Positions 25,001-38,372 of a stretch of DNA of 64,000 bases are shown in pieces (position 1 is the first letter of the stretch; the number at the start of each line of letters is the position of its first letter). This stretch comes from Rhina ancylostomus (taxonomy: Eukaryota). The stretch lies in assembly GCA_030265395.1 (NCBI GenBank), contig JARFYF010000051.1, positions 23,573,326-23,637,325 of the forward strand, read 5' to 3'. Under the pieces are notes generated by a model. It had not been told where the DNA came from. It searched no databases and saw nothing but the letters and a program-made list of their open reading frames with translations. Position numbers and translations under genes: made by a program.

Positions 25001-25760
25001 TGTTTTCCTTGAAGAAGAGAAGGTTGTCAGGGGATCTGCTTTTAAAATCATGAGGAAGATAGATAGGGTGGCACTGGGGCACAGCAGTTAATGCTACTGT
25101 CTCACTGCTCCAGGAACCTGGGTTCAATCTGATCTCTGCTGCTTTCTTTCCGAGGTTTGCACTTCCTCTCCATGGCTGTGTTGGTTTCTTCTGGGTGCCT
25201 TGGTTTCCTCCCACATCCCAAAGATCTTCTGAGTAGGTTAGTGTACATTACCCCTCAGCGTAGGAGATGGTAAAAAGAATCAAAGGGGTGTCTATTGGCA
25301 CATGAGAGAAAATATTGAAAGCATTCAGGGAAATAGAAGAGAGAGAAATAGGACTTATGGGATTGCTTTTCTGAGAGCTGCAAGGACTCAATGGGTCAAA
25401 TGGCCTTCTATAGGGTCAGTATAAGACAAGACAGACAATAATTTAAAAAATCTCTTATTAATGGAGGAGTCAAGAACTAAGGGACATAGAATAAAGGGAA
25501 TGACACAAGAGCCAAAAGCGCCATTGAGCGAAACTTGTTTTTTGCACAATGGGCTGCGAGAGTTTGAAAGGCACAGCCAGGGGTAGCAGAAGAGGCAGAT
25601 TCCATGGTAGTGTTCAGAAGGGAGTTGAATACATATCTGAAAGGGAATAACCTACATGGAGATAGGACAAGAAATAGGACTGGTTGGATAATTCTTACAA
25701 CAGAGCTCAAACCTAATGGGCTGAATGTCCTCCTTCCCTGCTGTAATCATTCTGTGGTTG
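22040..25760 (+). mobile_element. Long decayed CR1 with ORF1 esterase remnant, endonuclease, RT and 3' tail
   Basis: GGTGCCTGGGTTGAAGATATC (PGARVKDI-like SGNH ORF1 motif); endonuclease start near 22525; LKVDKSPGPDGMHPRLLREV; DFQQAFD; 3' tail at 25720-25760. Confidence 0.9.
25066..25430 (+). mobile_element. HE1/V-SINE nested in CR1
   Basis: tRNA-like head with GGTTCAATC B-box; V-domain GAGGTTTGCACTT...GGTTTCCTCCCACATCCCAAAGA; interrupts the CR1 IMRxxDRV/D frame. Confidence 0.9.
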
Positions 25761-25779
25761 TGTAGAGTGATAGTGTTAT

Positions 25780-26015
25780 TGACAAAGCCAGCAGTTATTG
25801 TTCATCCTTAACTGGTCTCCTAAAAGATAGTGGTGGACTACTCCAGATAAAGTGATGAAGTGGTCCCACAATGCCGTTAGATAGGGATTTTACAGATTGT
25901 GACTGTGCTGAAAGAACAGTGATCTATTTCCAAGTCAGGTGGATATGCAACTTGGAGCAAAACTTTGGGGGTGATACTGTTTGCATGTGCCAGAAATCCT
26001 GTCACAGGTAGTGGA
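25780..26015 (-). mobile_element. Family B LINE 3' end
   Basis: AGCCAGCAGTTATTGTTCATCCTTAACT...CTATTTCCAAGTCAGG. Confidence 0.7.
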
Positions 26016-27269
26016 AGAGGGAGAGGGAGAGAGAGTCAGGACTTTTCTCTTCTCATCACTTCAGCCAAATCATGCTGGAGAACTTATGCAAAAGGATATT
26101 GGACAGGATCTGGTTTGACTAAGTCACCTGTTTTAATTCCTTCTGATATTCATTGTCTAGTCTTTCTCACGATGGTGGCAAATTATTTGAAATCTTGAGC
26201 AGGGAACCAGAATCTTTGTGAAAAGAAAGGGAGAAAAAAATTTAGCCACCAACATCATTGATTTTCCCATTGGCAGATGCATTGGAACTGATTTGCTCCA
26301 TTGAGGCTGACAGCAGGATCAGCATTCAGAAAGACTCTCAGAAATGTGATGTGGACCATCCTAATGTGGCATTGCAGGATGAATGAACAAAGTAATTGGG
26401 TGAGAAAAAGCCTGAGACCCAGGGATATTATAATTTAATTGACCTATTGTATACATTTTTTGATTTTTGCACAGGACACTGATGCTACCTAGATTTTGTT
26501 TCCATTTGTTACACCTACTATCAATAGTAAATGCGAATATAAAAATCATGGCACATATGTTGCTATACACAAATTAATGTCAGCTTGTGTCTGTTATTCG
26601 TGACAATTAGCAATTGCAGAACAGAGATTCAATGCATAGAACTAACAAAATTTGTCTTTTCGAAAAATAAGTCGCATTTCAGGCAAAGAAATGAGTGTTA
26701 TTTTCATTCTACAAGAGCTGATTGCTTCTAAGCCTATAAAAATACCTCAACTGTGAAGTAACGCCCTCAACTTTCAGCAAAATTATACAAACGCTGCAAT
26801 CTGTTGGGTGGTGCTGTACCAATGCAGCCTTCAATTACTGTCAATATTTGTAAAATGTGTTAAATGTGTACAACCAATATTTTAATCAGTGAATAAACTT
26901 TCCCTGCCCCAGTAAGTATCTCAGCACATAAATGAGCCAGTTTGCATCAGCCAACAGCTTGCACTACACTACTCAACATATATTATTCTATCCATTTCAT
27001 TAATAGTTCTGACCACACATTGTCAACACCAAATGGTTTAGCCAGCTTCAGACATTCAATCAGTTTAATATAAATAATCAATATCCTGTTGAACTGAATC
27101 TAGTCCTCTGTGGTACCAAGAAAGGAATAGTCTGATTTCAAAAAGAGACAGAGTGTCAGTTTGTGTTATTATGTGAACTGTTTATTGATTTGTGGCATTA
27201 TATGCAGTTAAAATTAGAACTTACTCCAATCCATCTTCACGGTACATTGCATTAGGGTGGCTATCCTGG

Positions 27270-27672
27270 ACATTCCCTTTTGTCTTTTCCACCTTCTGGG
27301 ACNNNNNNNNNNACGAGATACAGGACCTTGAAAGCCTGGACAACCAAACTCAAGAACAGCTTCTTCCCCACTGCTATAAGACTTCTGAACCAATCACCTT
27401 TTTTCTCATCTCCTTCCCGGTGGTACAGCCACATTCTCAAATCCTTAATTCTAACTTTTCCATTGTTGTCACTTTACCATTTCTTTTTGCACTTTCTGAG
27501 CTGGCACTACTGTATTTTCCACCATTCCATTGTTTTTGCACTTGTTTCTGTATTTATTTATTGCTGTACTTATTATTACCATGTGTACTGTTTATTCTGT
27601 GAGTTTCATGCGAGCAAGGAATTTCATTGTGCCCTGATGTATATGATAATAAATTAATCTGAATCTGAATCT
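27270..27672 (+). mobile_element. Rex1/Babar LINE 3' end
   Basis: PSG..RYRTLKAWTTKLKNSFFPTAIRLLN; tail ATAATAAATTAATCTGAATCTGAATCT. Confidence 0.85.
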
Positions 27673-27754
27673 ACAAAATCAGTTTGCAACTTCTTCAATT
27701 TCTCTATTTATTGTAATGATACTCTTTAGAAATTGTACAAAATACATAATGGTT

Positions 27755-28152
27755 GTTTTTTTTCCCCTGGAACACAGGAGGCTGAGGGGTGACCTTATAG
27801 AGCTTTATGAAATTATAAGGGGCATAGAAAAGGTGAATGGTCACAGTCTTTTTCTCACCCCAAACTGGAAGGCAAATATTTAGGGTGAGAGGGAAAGATT
27901 TAAAGGGGACCTCAGGGTAACCTTTTCATACAGAGGTTGGTAGGTATGTGGAGCAAGTTGCCAGAGGAAGTGGTAGAGGTGTGTACAATATCAACGTTGA
28001 AGAGACATGTGAACAGGTACAGGGACAGGAAACATTTAGAGGGATATGGGCCAAATGCAGGCAAATGGGACTAGCTCAGGTAGGCAACTTGGTTGGCATG
28101 GATGAGTTGGGCTGAAGGGCCCATTTCTGTGTTGTAGGACTTAATGGTTCTA
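27755..28152 (+). mobile_element. CR1 3' end
   Basis: GGAGGCTGAGGGGTGACCTTATAGAG...GGGCTGAAGGGCC. Confidence 0.9.
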
Positions 28153-28719
28153 TTTGTTTTTTACAGATTTAAAATGGTTGACAGCTATAAGCACACCAGA
28201 TTTCAGATATACATTCTTCTGAATGTATTAACAATAGAGTAAATTATTGACATTAGCAATTTGTATTTGATAAACAAGTGGTCCCATTTAGCATTACCAA
28301 CAATTAAAGTGCCTAATTTATATTCATAATCTTAAGCAAGTTAATTCAACTGCTGAGTTCAGAAGTATACTACATTGGTACTGCTGCTAACACCAACCAA
28401 TTCACTTTGTCCAGAGCTGTTTCTCAATATGTTGCTGGGAAGCATTCATTGCTACATCAACCTAACAAAAGTATTTTAGAAGCAGCAGAAAAGCCAAGAC
28501 ATTTTTGGCAATCATTGTTTTGAACTAATTGATTCAATAACAAAGGAACAACCCATTGAACACAACTCATTTACATCTAACCCCATCAACCTATTCCTGT
28601 AATCCCTCAATTACTAACTTCCTCCAGAATGCACTTGTTCTGGTTGCTTCATACACTCCTCATTGTAGCATATTTCATGTTATTATNNNATATTTGGGGT
28701 AAAGAAGTTTGGCTTGAAT

Positions 28720-29995
28720 TACCCAATTTACCTCCTTTAGTTTGAGAGCCACTACACACAGAAACATGTTTTCTGCAGATCCTATCAAACCCTTTCACTA
28801 TCTTAGACTTTATCAGCTCATTCCTCAGCCTTCTCAGTTTTTTCCCCCCAATATGTGTGTCCTCTCAGTTCTAATATCATTCTTTGATATCTTTTTCACA
28901 CTTTCTAATACATTTATATCTATTTTACAACAGCTGGACTAGAACTACACCCAATATTCCAAACATATTCAAATTTAACATAGCTCACTAGTTTTCAGTT
29001 CTATCTTTCTGGAAAACACAAGACTTTTTCACAGTCTTATAAACCTCCATCTTAACAGAGTTCAGAAGAGAGTGTATTTCCGTTGTGCCTTTATCTTTTC
29101 TGCTAATTACAACCTCAAAAATTCAAACAGATTTGTCAAGCATGATTTTTTTTTCATGTTTCCATGTTGACTAATCTTCAGGCTTACTGTTTTTTTAAGC
29201 AATATTCTAAACTTTTCCTTTTGATTTTTAACTCTCCTTCATCATCACAAATGGACTACTTTTCCTGCTGACATTTTTTGCCTTGAAGGGTTAGATATTA
29301 CTTGTAAACAATGCATTAATCCTTTAAAATTTGGCCATAGCTTGTTTACTGCCATATCTTTTTAATGTACATTCCCTACCTCTCATAGCCAACTCATTCC
29401 TCATGTCTTTGTAGTTGCTTCATTTAGATTTAAGACCCTGGAACTTAGTATCTATCCTTTTTTAAATAAAATTCTATTATATTCACAATTTCCCAAAGGC
29501 CCCTTAACTACCAGATCATCAATAAACATTTTCTTCATGGAAAATACAAGATGTAAAATACAAGATGTGACCTTATTGGTTTCTCAAACACTGATCTAGA
29601 AAACCATCCCCTTTGCACTCCATGAATTCATCCTCCAACCTATTGCACTCATTCAATTTGCTTACTCGATATATAGATTGAAATCCTCCATGGTTATTGT
29701 ATTATATCCTTTTTATATACAGCTCTAATTTACCAACTTATACCATGCACTGCATTACTACTAGAGTCTGAGTGCCTGTGTACACCTCCCACCAATGTTT
29801 TCTGTTTCTGACTACTTCTTAGCTCCACTCAAACTGAATATATTTTCTTAGCTAAGATTCTTCCACACCACTACCTCTGTCCCATTATTTAAAATCAGGG
29901 CTAATATGTCTTCTTTTCTGTTTTGCATATCATGAAATGTTTAATTCCCAAATATTGCCACTTTGTAACTGTGTCTTTGTAATTGCTAGTATTTA
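28720..29995 (-). mobile_element. Old fragmented CR1 (3' region, RT and endonuclease pieces)
   Basis: GACTAGAACTACACCCAATATTCCAA; CAGATTTGTCAAGCATGATTT; ATAGATTGAAATCCTCCATG (MGDFN-like). Confidence 0.7.
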
Positions 29996-30044
29996 TTTGT
30001 ACTATTGGCATCAATTTGCATACATATATAAATTGACATAATTA

Positions 30045-30220
30045 GTGGCACATCCTGAATGGTCCATGAACCCTTGAACACTCATTATTCCTCTTTTGCA
30101 CTATTTATTTGTTTTCGTAACTTAGAGTAATTTTTATGTCTTCGTGTCTTGCACTGTACTGCTGCCGCAAAACAACAAATTTCACGACATAAGTCAGTGA
30201 TAATAAACCTGATTCTGATA
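30045..30220 (+). mobile_element. Rex1/Babar 3' tail
   Basis: TTGCACTGTACTGCTGCCGCAAAACAACAAATTTCACGACATAAGTCAGTGATAATAAACCTGATTCTGAT. Confidence 0.75.
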
Positions 30221-31124
30221 AATATCCCTATCTTGTTATGAAGTCATGTTCACATAACGTGATTCAATTTTATTTTCTCTGCCCAGACTGTAACTAGACA
30301 TATAGCCTTACAGACCGTCTGCAGTATAGACTGGACGTAGTTGCATTCTTATCAAGTAATCCATAATCAATATTGTAGTACCTAGAGAACCCCACATTGG
30401 CAGAAAATACTCTGCAAATATAAAAAGTAAACTACTTCCCATACATAAAATACTAAGCAATTTTGTGAGATAATTTCACTTGGAGAACAACGGAAATTCA
30501 GAGTATGTGACTTGTTGATCTCCTGAACTGCAAGCACCAAGTCCTTGTGCTGAGTATGTGTTATTGCAACATATTCAGATAATTCCAGCAAACACATTAC
30601 TTTAATCTTTTCTTGTGAAGAAATTTCATTGCCAAATTCCATGACGTTAGAAGGCAATAATTGAACAGGATTATGTTGGTATGGAAAAAAGCATTTGTAA
30701 CCTTTCCAGCACTTGGTGACCTATCACTGTTTCCATATTTCATATCTCCTGATTATTAAGGCTAAGTTGGAAATCTCATACATTTATTGACATAGCCAAG
30801 GTTACACGAGTTAAGGACTAAATATTGACAAAGGTTTAACATGTGAAATTAAAAAGGTCCCGTGGGCTAAATAAAATAATGATTACTTACAACCTAGTGA
30901 ACCACAAAACCGATTTGTTCATCATTCGTTAACACATTTTTCTGGGAGTGGAAAAAAATGTAGTTGCTGACCACTATTGGGACAATAATCTTTTATTTTT
31001 GACATATCTGGATATAGTTTCGTACTGATTTCTCCCTCATGGTATGCAGAACCTGTATCTCACTCGGCTGCACCAACTTGCTCTTATGTGGTTCCTATAA
31101 CATAAACAAATGTTATCAACCAAA

Positions 31125-31380
31125 ACTGCATTTTGAGTTACATTAGGAGATGTTAAGAAAGGGAACCAAAGTTCGGTCAGTAAGGTAGGTGTCAAGGCAT
31201 TGTGTAGAAAAGAAGCAAAAGCAAGAGAAGTGGAATAGTTTAATGATGGAATTCCAGAATAGCTGAAGGCATGGTCATCAGTGGTGAGTGATTAAAATGT
31301 GGGTTGTAGACTGGAGGAGGCAGCAGAGATAGAGACAGATGAAGTTATGAAAGATATAAAAATAAGCAGTGTAGGTCTTA
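31125..31380 (-). mobile_element. L2-like LINE 3' fragment
   Basis: AGGAGATGTTAAG..ACCAAAG..GGTAGGT..GGAATTCCAGAATAGCTGAAGGCATGG; similar piece at 55065-55420. Confidence 0.55.
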
Positions 31381-31439
31381 AGTCAATCCCTACCAGCATT
31401 TTTGAACTTAAACATTTTCAAACTTTGAGTTGTTTCACG

Positions 31440-31625
31440 TGGAATCAAGTGTTTTTTGTGCTCCAGTGAAAGCATGGTATCCTGGTCTTGAGGGATGTAG
31501 AGATACGATTTACCAGAGTAATATTGGTATGAAGGATTGAATTACAATGAGGAATAAGGCAAACATGGATTTATATAGTCTGGAGAGATGCAAGAAATTA
31601 TTTAGTTGAGTTATTTTAAAGTAAT
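31440..31625 (+). mobile_element. Old CR1 fragment
   Basis: TTGAGGGATGTAGAGATACGATTTACCAGAGTAATATTGGT (VQxRFTR-like). Confidence 0.5.
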
Positions 31626-31627
31626 GA

Positions 31628-33835
31628 ATTGGAAATGGTTTATTATTGTCACTTTTACCAAGGTACAGTGAAGAAGTTGTCTTGCATATCGTTCATACAG
31701 ACCAATTCATTACAACAATGCATTGAGCTAGTACAAGGTAAAACAATACAGAATGCAGAGTATTCAGCGACAGCTACAGAGAAAGTGTAGTGCAGGTAGA
31801 CAATAAGGGGCAAGGTCATAACAAGGATGATTGAGGTCAAGAGGTGATCTCATTGAATGAGGAACCATTCAGTAGTCTTATAACAGTGGGATAGAAGCTG
31901 TCCTTGAGCCTGGTGGTATGTGCTTTCAGGCTTTTGTATCTTCTCCCTGCTGAGAGAGGGGAGAAGAGAGAATGCCTGGGGTGGGTGGGGTCTTTGATCA
32001 TGCTGGCTGCTTTACCAAGGCAGCGAGGGATATAGACAGAGTCCAAGGAGGGGAGGCTGGTTTCCTTGACGTGCTGAGCTGTGTCCACAACTTTCTGAGA
32101 TTTCTTGCGGTCCTGGGCAGAGCAGTTGCCATACCAAGCCATGATACACCCAGATAGGATGCTTTCTATGGTGTATTGACGAATGTTGGTGAGTGTCAAA
32201 GGGGACATGCCAAATTTCTCTAGCCTCCTAAGGAAGTAGAGGCGCTGGTGAGCTTTCTTGGCCATGGCATCCATGTGGTTGGACCAGAACAGGCTATTGG
32301 TGATGTTCACTCTGAGGAACTTGAAGGTCCAAACCCTCTCGACCTCAGCACCATTAATGCAGACAGGAGCATGTACACCCCCCCTTCCTGAAGTCAATAA
32401 CCAGCTCTTTTGCTTCTCTGACATTGAGGGAAAGGTTGCTGTCATGACACCATGTCACTGAGCTCTCTATCTCCTTGCTGTACCCTGACTCATCATTATT
32501 TGAGATACGGCCTACTACGGTGGTATCATCTGCAAACTTGTAGATGGAGNNNNNNNNNNNNNNNNNNNNNNNNNNNNNNNNNNNNNNNNNNNNNNNNNNN
32601 NNNNNNNNNNNNNNNNNNNNNNNNNNNNNNNNNNNNNNNNNNNNNNNNNNNNNNNNNNNNNNNNNNNNNNNNNNNNNNNNNNNNNNNNNNNNNNNNNNNN
32701 NNNNNNNNNNNNNNNNNNNNNNNNNNNNNNNNNNNNNNNNNNNNNNNNNNNNNNNNNNNNNNNNNNNNNNNNNNNNNNNNNNNNNNNNNNNNNNNNNNNN
32801 NNNNNNNNNNNNNNNNNNNNNNNNNNNNNNNNNNNNNNNNNNNNNNNNNNNNNNNNNNNNNNNNNNNNNNNNNNNNNNNNNNNNNNNNNNNNNNNNNNNN
32901 NNNNNNNNNNNNNNNNNNNNNNNNNNNNNNNNNNNNNNNNNNNNNNNNNNNNNNNNNNNNNNNNNNNNNNNNNNNNNNNNNNNNNNNNNNNNNNNNNNNN
33001 NNNNNNNNNNNNNNNNNNNNNNNNNNNNNNNNNNNNNNNNNNNNNNNNNNNNNNNNNNNNNNNNNNNNNNNNNNNNNNNNNNNNNNNNNNNNNNNNNNNN
33101 NNNNNNNNNNNNNNNNNNNNNNNNNNNNNNNNNNNNNNNNNNNNNNNNNNNNNNNNNNNNNNNNNNNNNNNNNNNNNNNNNNNNNNNNNNNNNNNNNNNN
33201 NNNNNNACTGATCTTACATCCTCAACAGTGACCATGGGTTCAGGTGCATTGGAGGCTGTCTGGCTGGGTGGTGACATACCAATCCCTTTCTGTTCAAAAC
33301 ATGCATTGAACACATTAAGCTCATCAGGAAGGGATGCGCTGTTTTCAGGATGCTGCCCGACTTCATTTTGTAGCCTATTATGGCATGTAAACCCTGCCAC
33401 AACTGATGGCTGGTCTTGGACTTGACTTTGGACTAATATTGTCTCTTGGCATCTCTGATAGCTTTACAGAGGTAATATCTTGATTTCTTATCAAGGTCAG
33501 GATCACCTGATTTGAATGCTACAGTCCTTGACTTCAGTCGGGAGTGGATTTCCCAGTTCATCCATGGTTTCTGGTTTGGGAACACCCAGATTGTCCTCAT
33601 TGGTACACAGTCCTCAACACACTTGCTGATAAAGTCCGTGATGGTGATGACATGCTCATCTAGGCTGGCAGCTGAGTCTTTGAACATGAACCAGTCTACT
33701 GACTCAAAGCAGTCGCATAGAAGCTCATCTATTCCTTCAGACCAGCACTGCATGACTTTCTGTACTGGATCCTCCCATTGCTGCTTCTGTTTTTATGCAG
33801 GGAGAAGGAGCACAGACTGGTGAATGGAATTGACC
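31628..33835 (-). mobile_element. Rex1/Babar LINE, 5'-truncated, spanning a gap
   Basis: DCFESVDW..FPNQKPWM; YKFADDTTVVGRISNNDES; KELVIDFRK; AHQRLYFLRRL; RLKDSFYPTVIRLLN; tail GTGACAATAATAAACC. Confidence 0.95.
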
Positions 33836-34328
33836 AGGGAGGTAGAAAACTCTTCCATACAACAATAAAATCCACAAGAAGAGGACATGAACTTAGAGTC
33901 TGACAATAATAGTGCAACACCAATGTAGAAGAAACTTTGCTCCACAAAGAAAGTATTGAATGAGTTTAAACTAATGAAAAATGAAAGATGGGAGCTGAAG
34001 TAATTGATTGCAATTAACAGAAGTGTAGATAAAAAAGGTAGAGTTACCATGCTTGATAAAAGGATGGGGAAAGAGTCACATCCACATAGTTCAGTTGTCC
34101 CTTCTCCACTCCATGATTTTTTCTGTCTGCATTGAAATCCAGAAGAGGAAAAAAAATAATTAAATTTGTAAAAAGAAATACTGTGTACCTAATGGAGCAC
34201 TTGCATTCAGTCTGCAGGAGTGATCCTGAGCTTCCAATTCCCCATCCCATTCTCACCCTGATTTCTCTGGCTGTGGTGTACTGCATTGTAACAATGAGGC
34301 CCAACACATGCTGGAAGAACAACACCTC

Positions 34329-34601
34329 TATCATGGTTCTGAGTTCTGGTCCTCAATTTGGCTCATTAATGCCTTGTTGTCCAGCACATGGATTCCATGC
34401 TGGACTGNNNNNNNNNNNNNNNNNNNNNNNNNNNNNNNNNNNNNNNNNNNNNNNNNNNNNNNNNNNNNNNNNNNNNNNNNNNNNNNNNNNNNNNNNNNNN
34501 NNNNNNNGTGTTTGTCCTGAGGAAGTATCCTGACTCCAGTCTTGTATTGGTGTGTTGCATTTGGGTTCTCTGTGACTTTGATCTAGATCAACATTGTGAC
34601 A
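34329..34601. mobile_element. LTR element (solo LTR or collapsed provirus) inside Penelope
   Basis: Termini TATCA...TGACA; 5-bp TSD ACCTC at 34324-34328 and 34602-34606; removing it restores EEQHLIYYLG. Confidence 0.75.
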
Positions 34602-34989
34602 ACCTCATCTACTATCTGGGCACATTGCAGCTTTTCAGACTCAATACTGAGTTCTCTAACTTTAGATAACTCACTCTGTCGTTCTGTCTATATGGGAACT
34701 GGCCATGTCTTCTGAACATCATTTGGATCATTTTTTCTCATTCCATTTGTATTGCCTGGGCTGCTGGACATGTCCCACATTTACAACAAATTACACACAA
34801 AGAAGCTTAAAATGCTGTTAACTTCTACAATCAATTTATTTTGATCCATGCAATCAGAGAAATTTCATTTCTTTGATACATTGCTCCTCTACCTTCTCTA
34901 CTACTGAATGGCAACTTACTTTTCTCTCATACTAATGAAGGGTCCTAGACCAGAGTCATTGACTGTTTCTCTTTCCACAGATGCTGGAT

Positions 34990-35500
34990 GGTTCTACACT
35001 GACTCGTTACATCAAGGAATGGTCTGGCAATTCAAATGAACAGGAATGTAAGAAGCTGCAGAGAGCAGTGGACTCAGCCCCACACATCACAGACACATCC
35101 CTCTCCATCATCGAAGGCAACGTCCATCATCAAAGACCTCCACCATCTGTGCCATGCCATTTTCTCGCAGCTACCATTGGACAGGAGATACAGAAGCCTG
35201 AAGTCCCACACTGCCAGCTTCCAGAACAGCAATTTCCTTTTCACTATTCAGTTTTTGAACCAACTTGCACAAACTTAATCATTATCTCAGTAATAGCAAC
35301 ATTTTTGACCACTTTGCACTGCAATGGACTTTTTTGTTGTTCCAATTGTGTTCTTTCTTGTAAAAATTGTATATAATTTGTGTTTTTCTTGTGAACTTTG
35401 TCTGATGCTATGTGCCTGTGAAATGGCTGCAAGTAACTTTTTCATTAAACCTGTGCTTACATGTACTTGAGCATATGGCAATAACCTTAACTTTTACTTT
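34990..35500 (+). mobile_element. Rex1/Babar 3' end inside the Penelope tail
   Basis: WSGNSNEQECKKLQRAVDSA; SIIKDLHH..RRYRSLKSHTASFQNS; possible TGCTG duplication. Confidence 0.85.
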
Positions 35501-35877
35501 GCTGCGCAACTTGTTGAGTGCTTCCAGTATTGTCTGTTTTTGTTTCACCTGCAGTTTTTTGGGTTTTTTTTGTGCACAAGAATATTTTGTATTGATTAGA
35601 TACTAAAGCTGGAAAATCAGTAATAGCTTTTAAGGTTTAAACACCAGAGGAGACCTTTGCATCAGTCCCACAAGAAGATTAAAGTGGAAACCAAGTAATT
35701 CATTGTTTTTCTGAGTGACAGATAAAGGGGGGAAAGAAAAAGAGGGGAAGAGAAAGAGAGAGGGGCAATATAAAGGTTGACTTTGGTTAGGAGAAATAGT
35801 TTTACATTAATACATACTATTGACCATTAAGAACAAACAGTCTGCTTTTCCAACATCTGTGGCACTCCTGTGAAGCT

Positions 35878-36082
35878 TCCTTCCAAGATGGCACTGGACC
35901 GTGGTGACCCATTGCAAGCTGGTCTATAAAGATCTACTCATTACTTTTACTATAATTGTCCACACTATCTCAATACACTGTGTAATGAATTGATCTGTAC
36001 AAACGGTATGCAAGACAAGTTTTTTTACTGTACTTCAATACAAGTGACAATAATAAACCAATTCCAAAACCAACACCAATAA
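35878..36082 (+). mobile_element. Short non-autonomous element with Rex1 tail
   Basis: Starts TTCCAAGATGGC; last 110 bp match the reverse complement of 31630-31725; ends GTGACAATAATAAACCAATTCCAA. Confidence 0.65.
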
Positions 36083-37861
36083 AGAACAAGAATAGAGGGA
36101 AATGCCACTGGGCTCCATATCCCTCTTCATGCTGTCTGGAGTGGTCACCCCTATAATCATGAAAAGGGTGGCTCCTGTAGGAGCTGCACCTTCAATTGCC
36201 ACCCTCCGAGGAAAAAGATAAACCACTAAAGAGTTTTGCATTCCCACAGCTCACTGCAAAGGGCCCTGAGGTCAGGAGGGTTTTGGGTTTATCAGGACCT
36301 CTGATCAACCACCAGCAGCTGGTCTGAGAGCAGTATGGCAGAGGCTTTGTGAACGAACAGTGGAAAATTAAACAGCGGAAGATCTGACAGCAACCCTGAG
36401 CCACAGATGGCAAGATTCTCACAGTGTGGAAACTGGGAAAAAGCTGGTGTCAAATTAAATGTCGACACTCAAACAATCAAGGTGAATTTGATTTCTGATA
36501 CAGCTGTGGCAGTGCACTCATTTTGGAACTAATTCCTACTCTTCACCATTAAAGGGATAGTTTCATGAGGTGTCGTAGGCATCAATGGTGATTTGCAAAG
36601 AAGTGGAAGAGCACTTTAAAATGTAAAGCATGGCAAATATTATCACAGCCATAACATTTTTTAATGATTCTCTCATAAAAAAGTTATGTTGATGTGGACT
36701 ATAGTTGCAAACTAGAGATACTGTCAGGGATTTTTTAAAGAAAATCTGCTGGAAAATGTTAACTGCACAGTTATTTAGAAGTTGGATTCTGTAGCTTCAC
36801 ATTTTCAATTAAATATCCAACACCACACTCCCCACCCACTGATATGACATTTGATGTGCCCCATCCTTGAGCATTGGTTGCATCCTCCAACTACCAAACT
36901 TACTCTACACTACTGATCCTATGCCTCATCAAACCACAGCAGCTGAACCTTACTCCACTCTTTCCTCCCCAAACCTGGATTGTCCCAGACTCAGTCCTAC
37001 CTAATTTCCTTTGATGCCCCATAATGGTGAAATACACAAAGAAAAGGTTCCAAGTCTGCACGGCCTCTTCAGTCCATTTGACACCTCCTGCTCTCCTGAG
37101 TTTTCCAGCAGCCATGTCTTGACTAAAACATTCCTTGTCCCCAGCACAAACTGGCTGCTTAGTGTGCCTTTATAGGGTCTAACAAGAAAAAGTCAGGTAT
37201 CTTTTCAGAAACATTTCTAGAAAGCATCTTCTTCACCAACTTCACTGCAAAATGAATGATATTCTCGACAGCAAAGTCATTTTAACNNNNNNNNNNNNNN
37301 NNNNNNNNNNNNNNNNNNNNNNNNNNNNNNNNNNNNNNNNNNNNNNNNNNNNNNNNNNNNNNNNNNNNNNNNNNNNNNNNNNNNNNAGTCATTTTAACAA
37401 GAGATGCAATGAATTTAATAATATTGTTGTATAATGTGCAAGATTGTACAAGTCCATTTCTGTGCTTTGGGAGTTTTTGATTCACTGGAATTATTTACAA
37501 ACAGTCCAGATGTAATTGCTCTGATGATGAAGAATTGGCTATGATGATCAGGTCATGTGCTGCAAATGTCCAAGTGAGTCCAAGAAAGATCTTCGAATGC
37601 ACATTGACAATTAACAATTCATGGTGCACTTAAAAAGATGTAAAAAAAACATAAAGCTGACTCCTAGACTGCAAAGTAAATGACTTTAAGCAGAGAACAA
37701 GAAAAAAAACTCAGCAAAAAATTATCCATGGACCTATCTCTTACCACAATACCCATCTCCTAGGTGATGCTCAATGAAGATACAAAATTTCACACAATAA
37801 ATCCAGATTCACAGCCAAACTCTGGGATCTGCTGTTTCATTTTCTGGCAATAGATTGATCA

Positions 37862-38372
37862 TAGATAGATAGAACATAGAACAGTACAGCACAGGAACAG
37901 GCCCTTAGGCCCACGATGTCTGTGCCGAGCATGATGACAAATTAAACTAATCCCTCCATTCCCAGTGTATTCATGCACTCATCTGAAAGCCTCTTAAGTG
38001 CCTCTATCATACCTGCTTCCGTGACCACTCCTGGCAGCACGTTCCAGATGCCTACCAATCTCTGTGTAAAAAAACTTCCCCCGCACATCTCCTTTTAACT
38101 TTCCCCCTCTCAACTTAAAGCCATGCCCTCTAGTACATGACATTTCTGCCCTGGGAAAAAGATTCCAGCTCTCTACCCTATCTATGCCTCCCATAATTTT
38201 ATAAACTTCTATCAGGTCTTCCCTCAGCCTCCAGTACTCTAGAGAAAACATTTCAAGTTTGTCCAAACTCTTCTGAAAGATAATATCCTCTAATCCAGGC
38301 AGCATCCTGGAAAACTTCTTCTGCACCCTCTCCAAAGCCTCCACATCCTTCCTCTAATGGAGTGATCAGAAC
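37862..38372 (-). mobile_element. CR1 3' end
   Basis: MEALERVQKKFSRMLPGLE..LREDLIEVYKIM..TRGH; tail CATAGAACA. Confidence 0.95.

Larger units (their letters stand above)
34185..35545 (+). mobile_element. Penelope GIY-YIG C-terminus and 3' end, split by two insertions
   Basis: NEAQHMLEEQHL / IYYLGTLQLFRLNTEFSNFR; tail CTCTTTCCACAGATGCTG resumes at 35500. Confidence 0.85.

Noticed and set aside
29541-29568. Short tandem duplications (also 21390-21415 and 47365-47385)
   Set aside because: Ordinary two-copy slippage events
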